Virus record (IMG/VR): IMGVR_UViG_3300045999_007505
Length of the DNA: 64,000 nucleotides
Source of the DNA: a virus
Strand: one strand, 5' to 3'
The position numbers and the translations under genes were made by a program. Under the pieces are notes generated by a model that saw nothing but the letters and a program-made list of their open reading frames with translations, ran no database searches and was not told the DNA's origin. Of the stretch, positions 11,101 to 20,691 are shown piece after piece (the stretch's first letter is position 1; each line of letters opens with the position of its first letter).

Positions 11101-11259
11101 AATGCTTCGTTCTGTTTTAGTTTGATTAATATATTCAAACATGTTTTTAAATACTTCTCGATATTCTCGATGCCGTTTCAATGTTCGAATATGTACGTCT
11201 GAAATATGATAAATTTTATCAATCTTATCAATTCCCGTTTCAATTTTTTTTATGCCCAT
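8113..11259 (-). CDS. Fused Mre11/SbcD nuclease - Rad50/SbcC ATPase (T4 gp47-gp46-like)
   Basis: Metallophosphoesterase motifs SDVH, GDIVH, GNHD, GDIH; Walker A NTSGKS; coiled coil with CKYC zinc hook; signature TSGMERF; Walker B IDEG; H-loop ISH. Confidence 0.93.
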   Translation of the reverse strand: MGIKKIETGIDKIDKIYHISDVHIRTLKRHREYREVFKNMFEYINQTKTERSIAVVTGDIVHSKLDMSPELVQMLVDFFNGFELPTIVILGNHDMNLNNMHRIDAVSPVLDVIQNKHIHFVKDNGLFELGGVTWNHMAVDKTPADYIRAKDFTATYKIALHHGAVNTAKTDIGYQISNEHVGVDLFEGHDITLLGDIHKPAQFLDAAQTVAYPGSLIQQNHGEALDHGILVWDVEQRSAEFVQIENDYGYVTIETQGSAIISSPHRMPKRPRIRIKFNETSAADMKRLIAMIRKKYQVEDITIQRTIGSNATNTSSSLAIGNVRDVEYQNVLLTEYIDTNFPQATLNEIDAIRHINRTINSKLPAVESIRHTTWHPISFEFDNMFSYGEGNVLNFENLSDVCGLFAANTSGKSSLLDAITYTIFDKCSKTSKANEVLNNKKDWFRGVFRFEMNGVTYTIERRGTQNKKKETHVKVDVEFYTDSENLNGEERSETNKNIRRYLGTYDDFILTAFSLQADNNNFIEKSQKERKDLLSQFLDITVFEQLYQLAADEIKETAGRLKDYKKTDFAEIIIQADAVITENQDTIISLEQLEDQQQDLRNEFQEQILQLIETKLPTTYDGPNIAELQSQEQTLIGKIETIQTDIETAEQALETLSETVETLESELSQIDTAAIETQTTQYQKLEQLTNTCLQKFRQQQEKVNVKQEKIKHLESHEYDPNCKYCTSNVFVQNAIEAQNTIDSDRALLEEIQQELTELNSQLDALKPIFEIADQYNKLKSNIATKKITLERNELQLQILESDLQTRESELETVIERQESFRKNETAITHNQRIDQSIEECKTQIVSCSQQIKIIQDQIKSLFGAIEVARTNKGTAIDQLERYRQLETEYKAYEYYLESVKRNGIPYELVAKAIPKIESEINNVLNQIVEFNMVLNTDGKNINGYIIYDEDNYWPLELTSGMERFISSLAIRIALINVSALPRPNFIAIDEGWGSLDAEHISSVVNLFDYFRTKFDFSIIISHVDSMRDMVDNLIEVNKTNGFSKINHV

Positions 11260-12191
11260 AACATGTCCATTTTGAGTGCCATGATGCGCTCAAATGTTAA
11301 TATATCAGTATCGTTAATAATTTCTGTAATATGTTCAAAACCTAATTCTGATGCATCTGCATCTTGTAGTTTGATAAAATAAACATTTAATCCTTCTGCC
11401 ATAAATCGTTCTGCAATTTGCACTGCATTTTTAAGTGCATCAGCATCCAAGCAAATATAGATATCTCTAACTCGTTTTTCAATGATTTTCTTTTGCAAAG
11501 CTGGTTGAATAATTTTTCCGAACAATGGTATTGCATTGCGTTTAATTGCAATTGCATCAAATGCCCCTTCGCAAAGTATAATTGGTTGTGACCAATTTAT
11601 AGTTAAATCAAATCCGATAATGTCTTTTGATATTTTTGGATTTTTATGTTTTTGTTTGTCTGCCTTATAAAATGCTCTAGAAACAAAATAATTCAATTGT
11701 CCTGCTTCATCATAGCTAGGAATAATTATCTTTCCGGAATATTCTCCTCGTTCGCAATATCCAATGCGATACTTTAAAATATCTAACATACCAACACCGC
11801 GCTGAGCTAAATAATGAATTGCATTGCGATAATCTGGTGTACTTTTTTTATTCCATAACGGAATATAATTTTCTGGTAATGATAATGCAGTTACGATTTT
11901 CGTTTCTGTATTAACACGATATCTAGAAGATTCAATTATTTTTGAAAGTTGTTCAAACCATTCTTTCGACAAGCCCATTTGCTTGAATAAACTAGAAATA
12001 GTTCGTCCTTTTTTATCAGATATCCAACAATGCCATGGATTTTCTCCGGCATGATTTGTGTTGATATCAATTTCTAATTTTGGTTTGTAATGTGAAGTAA
12101 ATGGCGAAAAGAAAGCAATATTATTACCAGAAGTAGATTTTCCTTTACCTAGAACTGATTCTAATAATTGTAACAGTTTAAGATTCTTCAC
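11250..12191 (-). CDS. DNA primase (DnaG-type, TOPRIM)
   Basis: TOPRIM motifs CEGAFDA and LDADA; YLAQRG and IIIP core; GTG start. Confidence 0.88.
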   Translation of the reverse strand: MKNLKLLQLLESVLGKGKSTSGNNIAFFSPFTSHYKPKLEIDINTNHAGENPWHCWISDKKGRTISSLFKQMGLSKEWFEQLSKIIESSRYRVNTETKIVTALSLPENYIPLWNKKSTPDYRNAIHYLAQRGVGMLDILKYRIGYCERGEYSGKIIIPSYDEAGQLNYFVSRAFYKADKQKHKNPKISKDIIGFDLTINWSQPIILCEGAFDAIAIKRNAIPLFGKIIQPALQKKIIEKRVRDIYICLDADALKNAVQIAERFMAEGLNVYFIKLQDADASELGFEHITEIINDTDILTFERIMALKMDMLWA

Positions 12192-12369
12192 AATTATAAT
12201 ATAATAAAAAACTGTAAGTAATCCAATTAATAATTAATATATAATATATGTTAAGCACATACATTTCATTACTGGCTTAACGATTGAATCAATAAATTCT
12301 TCAATCTATTAATTAAATAACTTTCATTAATCTTCATGAATATATTAAAAATAATTCACAAAACAAACC

Positions 12370-12852
12370 TTACTTAAAAAAACGTTTCGGGTCTGCTGGA
12401 ATTTCGCCTGATTTTACGCATTCAGCAAACCATTCTGCAGGTATATCTTTTTTTGCAACGTGCATAATACCTAGCTTACGTGCAAATGATTCATATGTAG
12501 TTGGAGATGTTTTTGACAATTTTTGATTAGGATTTTGAAACACCATTCTTATATCAATTCCAGGATTTGATTGTAATACATGTTTCATCTTAGTGCGATC
12601 TGCAGTAGTCCACCGTCCTTTCGTTTCAATATACATGGTACCGCCATTGCGTTTTGTAAACACAAAATCCGGAGTATATTTTGCTTTACGTTCTGGAACT
12701 ATGTAATTTAATGTGTCGGTTTCATAACGCAGTTCATATTCTGTTTGTTTAATTTGTTCTGATACAGTTAATTCTAATCCTGATTTATAACCATGTTTAA
12801 GAGCATTTGCTCGTTTAGAATTACCAGAACTATGAAAATGATTTCGTCTCAT
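12370..12852 (-). CDS. T7 endonuclease I-like Holliday junction resolvase
   Basis: YKSGLE, YTPDF, IETKGRW, DRTK (PD-(D/E)XK) motifs. Confidence 0.88.
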   Translation of the reverse strand: MRRNHFHSSGNSKRANALKHGYKSGLELTVSEQIKQTEYELRYETDTLNYIVPERKAKYTPDFVFTKRNGGTMYIETKGRWTTADRTKMKHVLQSNPGIDIRMVFQNPNQKLSKTSPTTYESFARKLGIMHVAKKDIPAEWFAECVKSGEIPADPKRFFK

Positions 12853-12874
12853 ATTATAACTTTTTTATTTTAAT

Positions 12875-13411
12875 TTACCAATCAACCATAACCATTTTAT
12901 CATTCCATATCATGATATTATCCGATCGGAAATCTAAATCTAAATCAAATTCTTTTATATTTAATTTTTCAACATCTAATTGTAATGCATTTAAAAAATT
13001 ATCTATCAATGGATCTATAGTATCTGTTTCTTGAATAAAATCAAAAATAGAAACTTCTCCACCTCGTTCTCTAGCAAACGAATAAAACTCATCCATAAAC
13101 ATATCAATTATTTTACGTATACGATCAGGCAATTCAGATGCATTTGCCATTATATACATATTTTTTCCATCAACATAATATACTGGAATAAACGTTGTAA
13201 ATTCAGTATATCGGTTTACGATAATGTTTGCAACTTTATATTCATCTTGTTCTTGCGTAATTTTAAAAGTTTTATCTTCGCCATCAATTTCATAAACGCG
13301 ACCATTATCGCCAGCACCAATTAATCGAAATTGTTTGTTTTGTATCTTATCTAAACAACGTTGAATATCAGATTCAGATAATTCTTTAAGTAAATTTTTT
13401 AAACGTATCAT
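12875..13411 (-). CDS. Minimal protein-kinase-like fold protein with N-terminal leader
   Basis: IGAGDNGRVY Gly loop, FKI Lys, DEY alphaC Glu, DFRSDN catalytic loop, terminal VDW (DFG-equivalent); begins MIRLKNLLKE. Confidence 0.7.
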   Translation of the reverse strand: MIRLKNLLKELSESDIQRCLDKIQNKQFRLIGAGDNGRVYEIDGEDKTFKITQEQDEYKVANIIVNRYTEFTTFIPVYYVDGKNMYIMANASELPDRIRKIIDMFMDEFYSFARERGGEVSIFDFIQETDTIDPLIDNFLNALQLDVEKLNIKEFDLDLDFRSDNIMIWNDKMVMVDW

Positions 13412-15099
13412 TTTGCAAATCCTGGATTAGAAAATAAAATATTTCGATCTAAATCTAAACGTATTAAAAAATTTAAATCTACATCATCTCGTTTTTTTAT
13501 TGGTTGTGCTAATTTTCCAATAGCTAATAATTGACCATTGGCATTATATAATCCAATTGTAGTAATATAAGGTGTAAAATTGCTACCCGTTACAAAACTT
13601 TGATATGTATAATTATCATCGTTAGTTAATGTAACATTTGTAGACAAATTAAATTCACCTGCATCTATTCTAACTAATGCACTTAGTTCGTGAATTGTTT
13701 TAGTACTTTTGTATGATGCAGTAAATGGCGTATTTAATAAATTTTGAAAACGATAATCAGGACTAGAAAATACAACTAAACCTTGAGCAGGCATAACGGT
13801 ACCAACATTTCTAGTTTGTAACATAGTACCGCCTTCCGTTCTATCAGCTAAATAACCAATTTCTGTACCTGTTAATGCTTTATTAAAAATTCGTATTTCA
13901 TCTAGTTTTCCGATGTAATTAGAATCGTGCAACAAATTCTTTATATCGGTAGGATTCCCTGCATTAAATATTTGGCTTCCTGAAATTGAAAATCCTCCTA
14001 TCTTTAACGGATCATTATTATCAATTCGAATCGATGCAGATAACGGATTATTTATCGGTTGCAATAATGTACTCGATTGTGATGCTACTAATGTTCCGTT
14101 AGTATAAAGTTGAATAGCACTACCAGATTTTTGAAAAAGTATATGAGTCCAATTGTTAGAAATAGATGCAGTAACACGTAAAGTTGGGTAGCCCAATTGT
14201 AAGTTTACACCTGGAATGTCGGGGTAAATAACGTCACTATTTCCGCCAACTGTACACACAATACTTGGTCCACTTCCTACAGCAACAATCTCAAATGGCC
14301 ATTGTTTTTGATGTATAGATGTTCGTTTACTAAGTAAAATTTGCGGTTTAAAGACATTAGTATTTGAAGCACTAACAAAAAATGATATTGCATAATCATG
14401 ATCTCGATCATACGATCCATCTAATATACGATCAATTGACCCCGATCCGTTAAAATTTGCAGCATACCCAATACTTCGTTGTTGTCCCGTAGTAGTAGGA
14501 ATTCCTGAAACATATGTAACTCCCGATGTATTATACGGAGTACGCGATATATCAAAATATTCATTGAAACCTTCATAAAATACAGAACCTGATATGATTG
14601 CTGCTGTATTAAAACTCGTATCATAAATATTTTCATATGAATCTGAAGCAAATGATCCAGATACCGAAGAAGTAAACGTAAATGATGTAGATTTTATTCG
14701 TTCGCCAATTTTAACTTGAGGAATTGATAAAACTGACGCTGATTGAAATAATGCTTTTTTTGTTTTTGTTATATTGGGCGGACCATATGTAATAAACGGT
14801 TCATTTTTATATCGATAAAATAAATGATTAAGTGAATAATAAATAACTGTTTGCAAACTTCCGTCAATATTAGCAGCATCATTATATGTTAATTCAGTAT
14901 CTAGTATTGGCAACGTGTCTGTATAAATTGCCGTTAATGGTAATGCACTAGAAGTAACACTTCCCGATGTAATAGTCCAATTTTTATATACCTGAAATGA
15001 ATTCATCGATATATCCGTAGGATCAACTTTTTTTAAAGTTGTCGGATATAATCCATCATACGTAAAAAAATTATCTATACCTATTCTTGTTTGTTCCAT
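13408..15099 (-). CDS. Structural protein with LamG/concanavalin-like domain
   Basis: WTHI...LYTNG...IGG...GKLDEIRIFNKAL pattern; C-terminal ITTIGLYN...LLAIGKLAQP shared with the neighbouring gene. Confidence 0.75.
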   Translation of the reverse strand: MEQTRIGIDNFFTYDGLYPTTLKKVDPTDISMNSFQVYKNWTITSGSVTSSALPLTAIYTDTLPILDTELTYNDAANIDGSLQTVIYYSLNHLFYRYKNEPFITYGPPNITKTKKALFQSASVLSIPQVKIGERIKSTSFTFTSSVSGSFASDSYENIYDTSFNTAAIISGSVFYEGFNEYFDISRTPYNTSGVTYVSGIPTTTGQQRSIGYAANFNGSGSIDRILDGSYDRDHDYAISFFVSASNTNVFKPQILLSKRTSIHQKQWPFEIVAVGSGPSIVCTVGGNSDVIYPDIPGVNLQLGYPTLRVTASISNNWTHILFQKSGSAIQLYTNGTLVASQSSTLLQPINNPLSASIRIDNNDPLKIGGFSISGSQIFNAGNPTDIKNLLHDSNYIGKLDEIRIFNKALTGTEIGYLADRTEGGTMLQTRNVGTVMPAQGLVVFSSPDYRFQNLLNTPFTASYKSTKTIHELSALVRIDAGEFNLSTNVTLTNDDNYTYQSFVTGSNFTPYITTIGLYNANGQLLAIGKLAQPIKKRDDVDLNFLIRLDLDRNILFSNPGFAK

Positions 15100-15157
15100 A
15101 CAGTAAAAACCCTGCTACATTTAATATAAATATAACAGGGCTTAAATCAGTGTTGAT

Positions 15158-16345
15158 TTAGAAATCTAATTTAACTCGTATAAGAGCTTCTCTCTGAAAT
15201 GATTTTAATAATGGTTTAGAAAGTTTTGCTACTGCTAACAATTCTTGATTATCATTATAAAGACCAATTGTAGTAACATATGTTTTAGGATCGCCAATAA
15301 ATGTAGTTTGTGATAATTGTCCATTGGACCCACTAGTAAACGATGGATTATTTGAAAAATTATATTCACCGTTTTTAATTCTTACGAAATAATTTGTACT
15401 AGTTACATTTTCTGAATTTCGTGCTAAGAATCCATATTCATCTCCCGTGCTAGGATTAGTTAATACAGAACTTCCTGATATTGAATGAAACAATGCAAAA
15501 TGATTATTTCCTTCCGAACTTGAACCCGTATTTGTTTGGAAATTCAATTGTTGATCTAACATCTTTCCGTCTAATATCAATGTACCAAATGCTGGATATG
15601 CTAATCCGTAATATACTGGCGCCGATGGATTGTAAACACCATCATTGATAGAACCTGATACGATATTATAAACTTGTCCAGAATCTCCAACCGTTGGATT
15701 TGAAATTGATGAATCATCAATTAATGTGATTACTCTAGACCCCGAAACATTTACACTACCCGTTGCATTAGTAGGTCTAGAACCAGAAATTGTACGTAAT
15801 GGAATTTCAAAATTTCCAGCATCTAATCGTTCTCGTAAACGATTACGTTTAAAGTTAATAACATAGATATAATCAGTACTTCCAGAGCCAGCTGTTGTAA
15901 ATCTAGAATCTGTAGGATTAAGTAATAATTGTCGGTATTGCGAATAAATTGCTTTTGATGGAGAATCTTCTAACTGTCCTTGAGAATCTGATCCACTACC
16001 TAAAGCATGTCCGAATGCTAAAGAAAATTGTGTTGCTGCGCCATCTGCGCTAGGCGTTTCTTGATAAACATCAACATAATATCTACGTTGTGCTGTAGTT
16101 TCTGCAGATGATGTAAAAAACGTAGTCAGACTAGCAATATTATCACTCCATAATCCAGCTGTAACAGTTTCGGTTTGATTTCCAACGACATCATTTAATA
16201 CATCAAATCTAGTAAATGTTCTACCTGTAATATTTTGTGCTGCTTGATTTAATGCTCCAAGTAATGCATTATTTCCCAAATTTGGAAGTTCGGGAGTTTG
16301 TCCTATTCTTGGTTGTGTTTTTAATCGTTTAATTAATTCTTTCAT
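15158..16345 (-). CDS. Virion structural protein
   Basis: C-terminal VTTIGLYNDNQELLAVAKLSKP, paralogous to 13408-15099; lies in the tail block. Confidence 0.7.
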   Translation of the reverse strand: MKELIKRLKTQPRIGQTPELPNLGNNALLGALNQAAQNITGRTFTRFDVLNDVVGNQTETVTAGLWSDNIASLTTFFTSSAETTAQRRYYVDVYQETPSADGAATQFSLAFGHALGSGSDSQGQLEDSPSKAIYSQYRQLLLNPTDSRFTTAGSGSTDYIYVINFKRNRLRERLDAGNFEIPLRTISGSRPTNATGSVNVSGSRVITLIDDSSISNPTVGDSGQVYNIVSGSINDGVYNPSAPVYYGLAYPAFGTLILDGKMLDQQLNFQTNTGSSSEGNNHFALFHSISGSSVLTNPSTGDEYGFLARNSENVTSTNYFVRIKNGEYNFSNNPSFTSGSNGQLSQTTFIGDPKTYVTTIGLYNDNQELLAVAKLSKPLLKSFQREALIRVKLDF

Positions 16346-16367
16346 ATTAATATTTTCCTTTTATGCG

Positions 16368-17012
16368 TTAGTTAACTACTTTTTTAACGGTTAACTGAAT
16401 AGTAACGCTGCCTCCTGTTTCATTACCAATAATAGTAATAGTTGCAGTTTTATCAGTAACAAATACTGATTTTGCAACTACTCTAAATTGGAATCCTACT
16501 GCAGACACACTAGTTGCATCTGAATTATCACCAATAAATCCAGGAGCGGTAGGAGCTGCTGCTGCATTAGCCAATGGTTGAGATACTTGTAAATCTGCAA
16601 TTGAATTGTCTGATAATATTGCTGTATATCCCAATGTACTATTGCCACTAATAATATTAGCAGTATTAGGTGCAATAACTGAAGATGCGCCTGGTGTTTG
16701 TAATATTATCGTAGTATTTCCTACATTAATTTTAGGTAAATATACAGTATTTTTAGGCAATGATATCAATCGATATTTCAATGCCTGCGTTTCATCTGGA
16801 ATAGCTTCTGTAATTGGCATATTTTCAATAATAGTGCCATAATATGATGTACCAAGTGGATGATCTGGATTCCATAATGAATAATCAACTTCATCATCTC
16901 CAACTGCAAATTGTGTAATGTTAAATGCATTTCCGCCTTGAGCTAAAAGTTCACGGCCTTTTAAAGTTAAAATTGCATCAACTGTAATTGTAGAATTATC
17001 TAAATATCCCAT
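16368..17012 (-). CDS. Virion structural protein
   Basis: MGYLDN...LTLKGRELLA...ITQFAVGDDEVDY, resembling tail-collar/baseplate N-termini; upstream late motif. Confidence 0.65.
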   Translation of the reverse strand: MGYLDNSTITVDAILTLKGRELLAQGGNAFNITQFAVGDDEVDYSLWNPDHPLGTSYYGTIIENMPITEAIPDETQALKYRLISLPKNTVYLPKINVGNTTIILQTPGASSVIAPNTANIISGNSTLGYTAILSDNSIADLQVSQPLANAAAAPTAPGFIGDNSDATSVSAVGFQFRVVAKSVFVTDKTATITIIGNETGGSVTIQLTVKKVVN

Positions 17013-17056
17013 AATATTTTTACCTTTATTATAAATATTACATATTAAAAAAATGG

Positions 17057-20000
17057 TTAATTTGTATTGCTACTTTTTCCCGTAGACTTTTTACCTGGAT
17101 TTTTTTTGTTTGTTATGACTAAATTACCTTCTTGTCCTAGTTGTTGATATACCAATTGATTTGGATTTGATAAACTCCATTGTACAACCGGACCACCGTC
17201 TACCGATTCGGTTGATGGGGCATTAAATCCTGGACCAGTAATTTTACATCCAGCATATCGATGATTTTCAATTCCACGTGGCAAGTAGTCTTGTACTTGT
17301 GCAAAACTACCGGTAAATACTAAAGGAGACGTAATTGCATAACTGCCAGTACCATACGATCCAGTACCATAATATGCTATAGGTCCGGAACTTGTTATAG
17401 CTGATACTGTACCAGATATGAATCTATATTCTGATGTTACGCTCGATGTAATTGCTGGAAACGAAACTTCACTACGCCAATATGGAGTAGAACTAGTATA
17501 ATATGTGCTACCAGAATATGTTAAATATTGATAACTATATGTCGTACCATTATATTTTTGAGCAATTGATGCCGTTAAATATCCTTGTAGTTGATCATCA
17601 TCAGTTCCAGATAATGTCATTATTTTACCATCAATCGATCCCGTATATTGAACATAATATGCAGACGCGGTTGGCAACGTACTAACCAATTGTGCATTAT
17701 ATGTATCATTTGTTTTTTGTAGGATTGGTAATATCGTATCTTTATTTCGTTCTAATATATTCGGTTGTACTAAAACACCTGTAATTTTTTCGACACGTGC
17801 CGGTAGTAATTGTTCTAATTGTTTAAAGAATGATAAATCAAACAACGTAAACATTGAAATATACGAATTAAAATCATTTTTATCAGTGTATTTTTTCCAA
17901 TATTTTTGAGACTCAACAATTAATTCAGGATATCCATATGGATTTGTATTACCTGGATCTCCGATATAATCATCTAAATTAGTAAATCCTAATTGTGCAA
18001 TGATATCTTCATCAATCATTGTTTGTGGAGAAAAGTATACTCCTATTTTTTTACTGTCTAATGGAGCTTTATCAAATTGACTTCGTTCTGCTCTACTTGT
18101 AGGACTCAAAGTTCCAACTAAATCATTATTTTCTAATCGTATTTTGTTATCATCAAATGTACTGCCACCTAATGAAATTGCGTCATAATAATATGTTTCT
18201 TCAATTGAATCATACGGCGTTGCTAATGACCAACCAGAAAACGATGCAGATATGTTTGACGGCTTTGGTTCAACCCCAGTTAAACTACCCGTTAAATTAT
18301 GATTTATATTTTGTGTTAATGGCAATCTAAAAACTAATTCTGCATATGAATCAATATTTCCATTGTATGCAGCAGGAGCTTTAACATGATTATTAAATGC
18401 TTCATCATTTAAACTAGATGACCACAATCTAAGTTCTTGTAATTGTCCAACTAATCTATTAGCACCGGTCGATGTCCCACCTAATGTTAATGTGCCAGAT
18501 CCTGCAAATGAAGCTGTTGCTGATGCAGACGCTGCAGCTACAATCGATCCATATTTAGATTTCTTAGTTACAATATCTAAATTAGTTCCATTAGTTCGTA
18601 AAACTAAATTAAGCCAATTGCCATCAAACAATTCAATTTGATTTGAACTAGTTCCATTTATTTGTACAACCCCTTTATTTCCACTAGTAAAATTTAAAGT
18701 TACTGTATTTGAACCTATTGTAAATAAATTCATAGTACTAGGTATCGTAGGATATTTTACAACATCAGCCGTTTTAAATCTAAGTTCTACAGCATTTATT
18801 GATTGCGAATAATTAACTGTTACAGTACCTGCAGAACTACCACTTAAATCTAATGCATAATCAAAATTTAATTTTTCATATATTGGAGCTCGTTCTAAAC
18901 GAGGACCGCCATATTCATTAATACTAATTAAAGATTGCGGAATACCATAACAAGATAACAATGCTTGAATACTTCGTTTAGTACCTTTAGATTTTAATAA
19001 CAATGGCAAGTTATTGATAATTCTACGCCATACTGTATATGTTATATCCATTGCTGGAACAGAAGGGTCGCCAACTGTATTTGATCCAGTCAATGGTGCA
19101 CCAGCTTCTGATGTTCCTAATACATATTGCCAAAGATTTTTGTCCTGATTTCCATTAGTTAAATTCCAACCAAATTGTTTTGCTACTGAATATAATAATT
19201 CATTTGGCATACCAAGTTTTGGATTTTCCTCTCGTTTATTAATACGAGACATATGATTGATATATGTATACAATATATCATAATGATGTCCTAACATATT
19301 AACAAATGTAATCATATCAATGTTATTATCATCAATTCTTTGATATGATGGAATATTTCGATATAATGAATTTATATTAAATGTATCGTATATATTTGCA
19401 TATTCATATGATGAACTATACCATGCAATAAATTGCGAACTAGTTGTCGGTGCATTAATATATGGATATGTTGAGTTTAATTTAGGCACTGGAGTTATGT
19501 AACTACCAGTTAATCTAGCAACTATTGGCGCTTCTAACGGATTTGTAAATGTTGTTAATATTGATGACGATTGATTATACAAATATTGTTCAAATCCATC
19601 AAATCCTCCAATTAAACTAGTTATTTGAGTTTGATATGAAGCAGCATCTGTTTGTGCAGCGGTACCATTAGTTAAAGCTAATGATGCACTTTGTTGAGCA
19701 TAATATTCTAGTAATTCTAATTTGTATTTAAAATTATCTAATCTATCAGTTGCTGTACTATAAAAAACAAAGTTATTAAAATCTGAATAATCAATATTCA
19801 GTTTCATTCCTGACAAACTTCCGGAGAAATATGCATCAATAATTTGTTGAGATGTTGATAATGAAGATCCTAATAAATCGGTCCATGTTTTAAAACCAGT
19901 TTCTGCAGATGTATTATATGAATAATTTGCTTGCCAATTTGGTCCTGATAAAACGTTTGTTGTAGGAAGTGCAATAGCTGGATTAATAACAACGTTGTCT

Positions 20001-20683
20001 ATATATGGTTGTTTTTGTTCTTCAACAATCCAACATTTAAATCCTTCCTGAATATCTTCGGGCAATGGTTCATATAATTTAATATATAATACGCCTTTAG
20101 CTTCTACTGCATTAATAATAGTAGCAGTATTATTTCTGCTAAAATTTAATAACAATGTTTTATAAACAGGCCCGGTACGTAAACTAGTTAAATTTACAGT
20201 TTGTATAAAATTAGTTATTTGTTGTAAATATCTAGAACTAGTTGGATCTGTTGGTCGCAGTGCAATCTCTGTTCGATCTGGAGAAATTTCTTGAATTTTT
20301 AAATACTGTAAATCGTAATTTCCAATTAAATTTTTAAAAAAGTTAACTACAAATCTAAACTGACCGGCTGATATTTTTAATTGATTTTGTAATTGTGCAT
20401 ATAAATCAATAGCTAACGGTTGAGTAGTAAATGATATAATATTATTACCATCATAATATTGCGGAATACTTCCTACGGCAGGAACATTGTGATTTGCTGT
20501 AATCCATGTTTGATCTAAATATACATGTAATTCGACCCGATCGGTATCATCTCGTTGTATGATATCGGTATTAAACGTTACATTTGTTCGAAAATCAGAA
20601 ACATCAGATGCAGTATATCGTTCAGCCGATAAAGATTGAGATGCAATTAATATTTGTTCGATATTTTTATACTGCGTTAACAT
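17057..20683 (-). CDS. Large baseplate/tail structural protein
   Basis: 1208 aa; LLKSKGTKRSIQALLSCYG (tail-protein-I/wedge-like) and a LamG-like segment. Confidence 0.7.
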   Translation of the reverse strand: MLTQYKNIEQILIASQSLSAERYTASDVSDFRTNVTFNTDIIQRDDTDRVELHVYLDQTWITANHNVPAVGSIPQYYDGNNIISFTTQPLAIDLYAQLQNQLKISAGQFRFVVNFFKNLIGNYDLQYLKIQEISPDRTEIALRPTDPTSSRYLQQITNFIQTVNLTSLRTGPVYKTLLLNFSRNNTATIINAVEAKGVLYIKLYEPLPEDIQEGFKCWIVEEQKQPYIDNVVINPAIALPTTNVLSGPNWQANYSYNTSAETGFKTWTDLLGSSLSTSQQIIDAYFSGSLSGMKLNIDYSDFNNFVFYSTATDRLDNFKYKLELLEYYAQQSASLALTNGTAAQTDAASYQTQITSLIGGFDGFEQYLYNQSSSILTTFTNPLEAPIVARLTGSYITPVPKLNSTYPYINAPTTSSQFIAWYSSSYEYANIYDTFNINSLYRNIPSYQRIDDNNIDMITFVNMLGHHYDILYTYINHMSRINKREENPKLGMPNELLYSVAKQFGWNLTNGNQDKNLWQYVLGTSEAGAPLTGSNTVGDPSVPAMDITYTVWRRIINNLPLLLKSKGTKRSIQALLSCYGIPQSLISINEYGGPRLERAPIYEKLNFDYALDLSGSSAGTVTVNYSQSINAVELRFKTADVVKYPTIPSTMNLFTIGSNTVTLNFTSGNKGVVQINGTSSNQIELFDGNWLNLVLRTNGTNLDIVTKKSKYGSIVAAASASATASFAGSGTLTLGGTSTGANRLVGQLQELRLWSSSLNDEAFNNHVKAPAAYNGNIDSYAELVFRLPLTQNINHNLTGSLTGVEPKPSNISASFSGWSLATPYDSIEETYYYDAISLGGSTFDDNKIRLENNDLVGTLSPTSRAERSQFDKAPLDSKKIGVYFSPQTMIDEDIIAQLGFTNLDDYIGDPGNTNPYGYPELIVESQKYWKKYTDKNDFNSYISMFTLFDLSFFKQLEQLLPARVEKITGVLVQPNILERNKDTILPILQKTNDTYNAQLVSTLPTASAYYVQYTGSIDGKIMTLSGTDDDQLQGYLTASIAQKYNGTTYSYQYLTYSGSTYYTSSTPYWRSEVSFPAITSSVTSEYRFISGTVSAITSSGPIAYYGTGSYGTGSYAITSPLVFTGSFAQVQDYLPRGIENHRYAGCKITGPGFNAPSTESVDGGPVVQWSLSNPNQLVYQQLGQEGNLVITNKKNPGKKSTGKSSNTN

Positions 20684-20691
20684 ATTTTATA

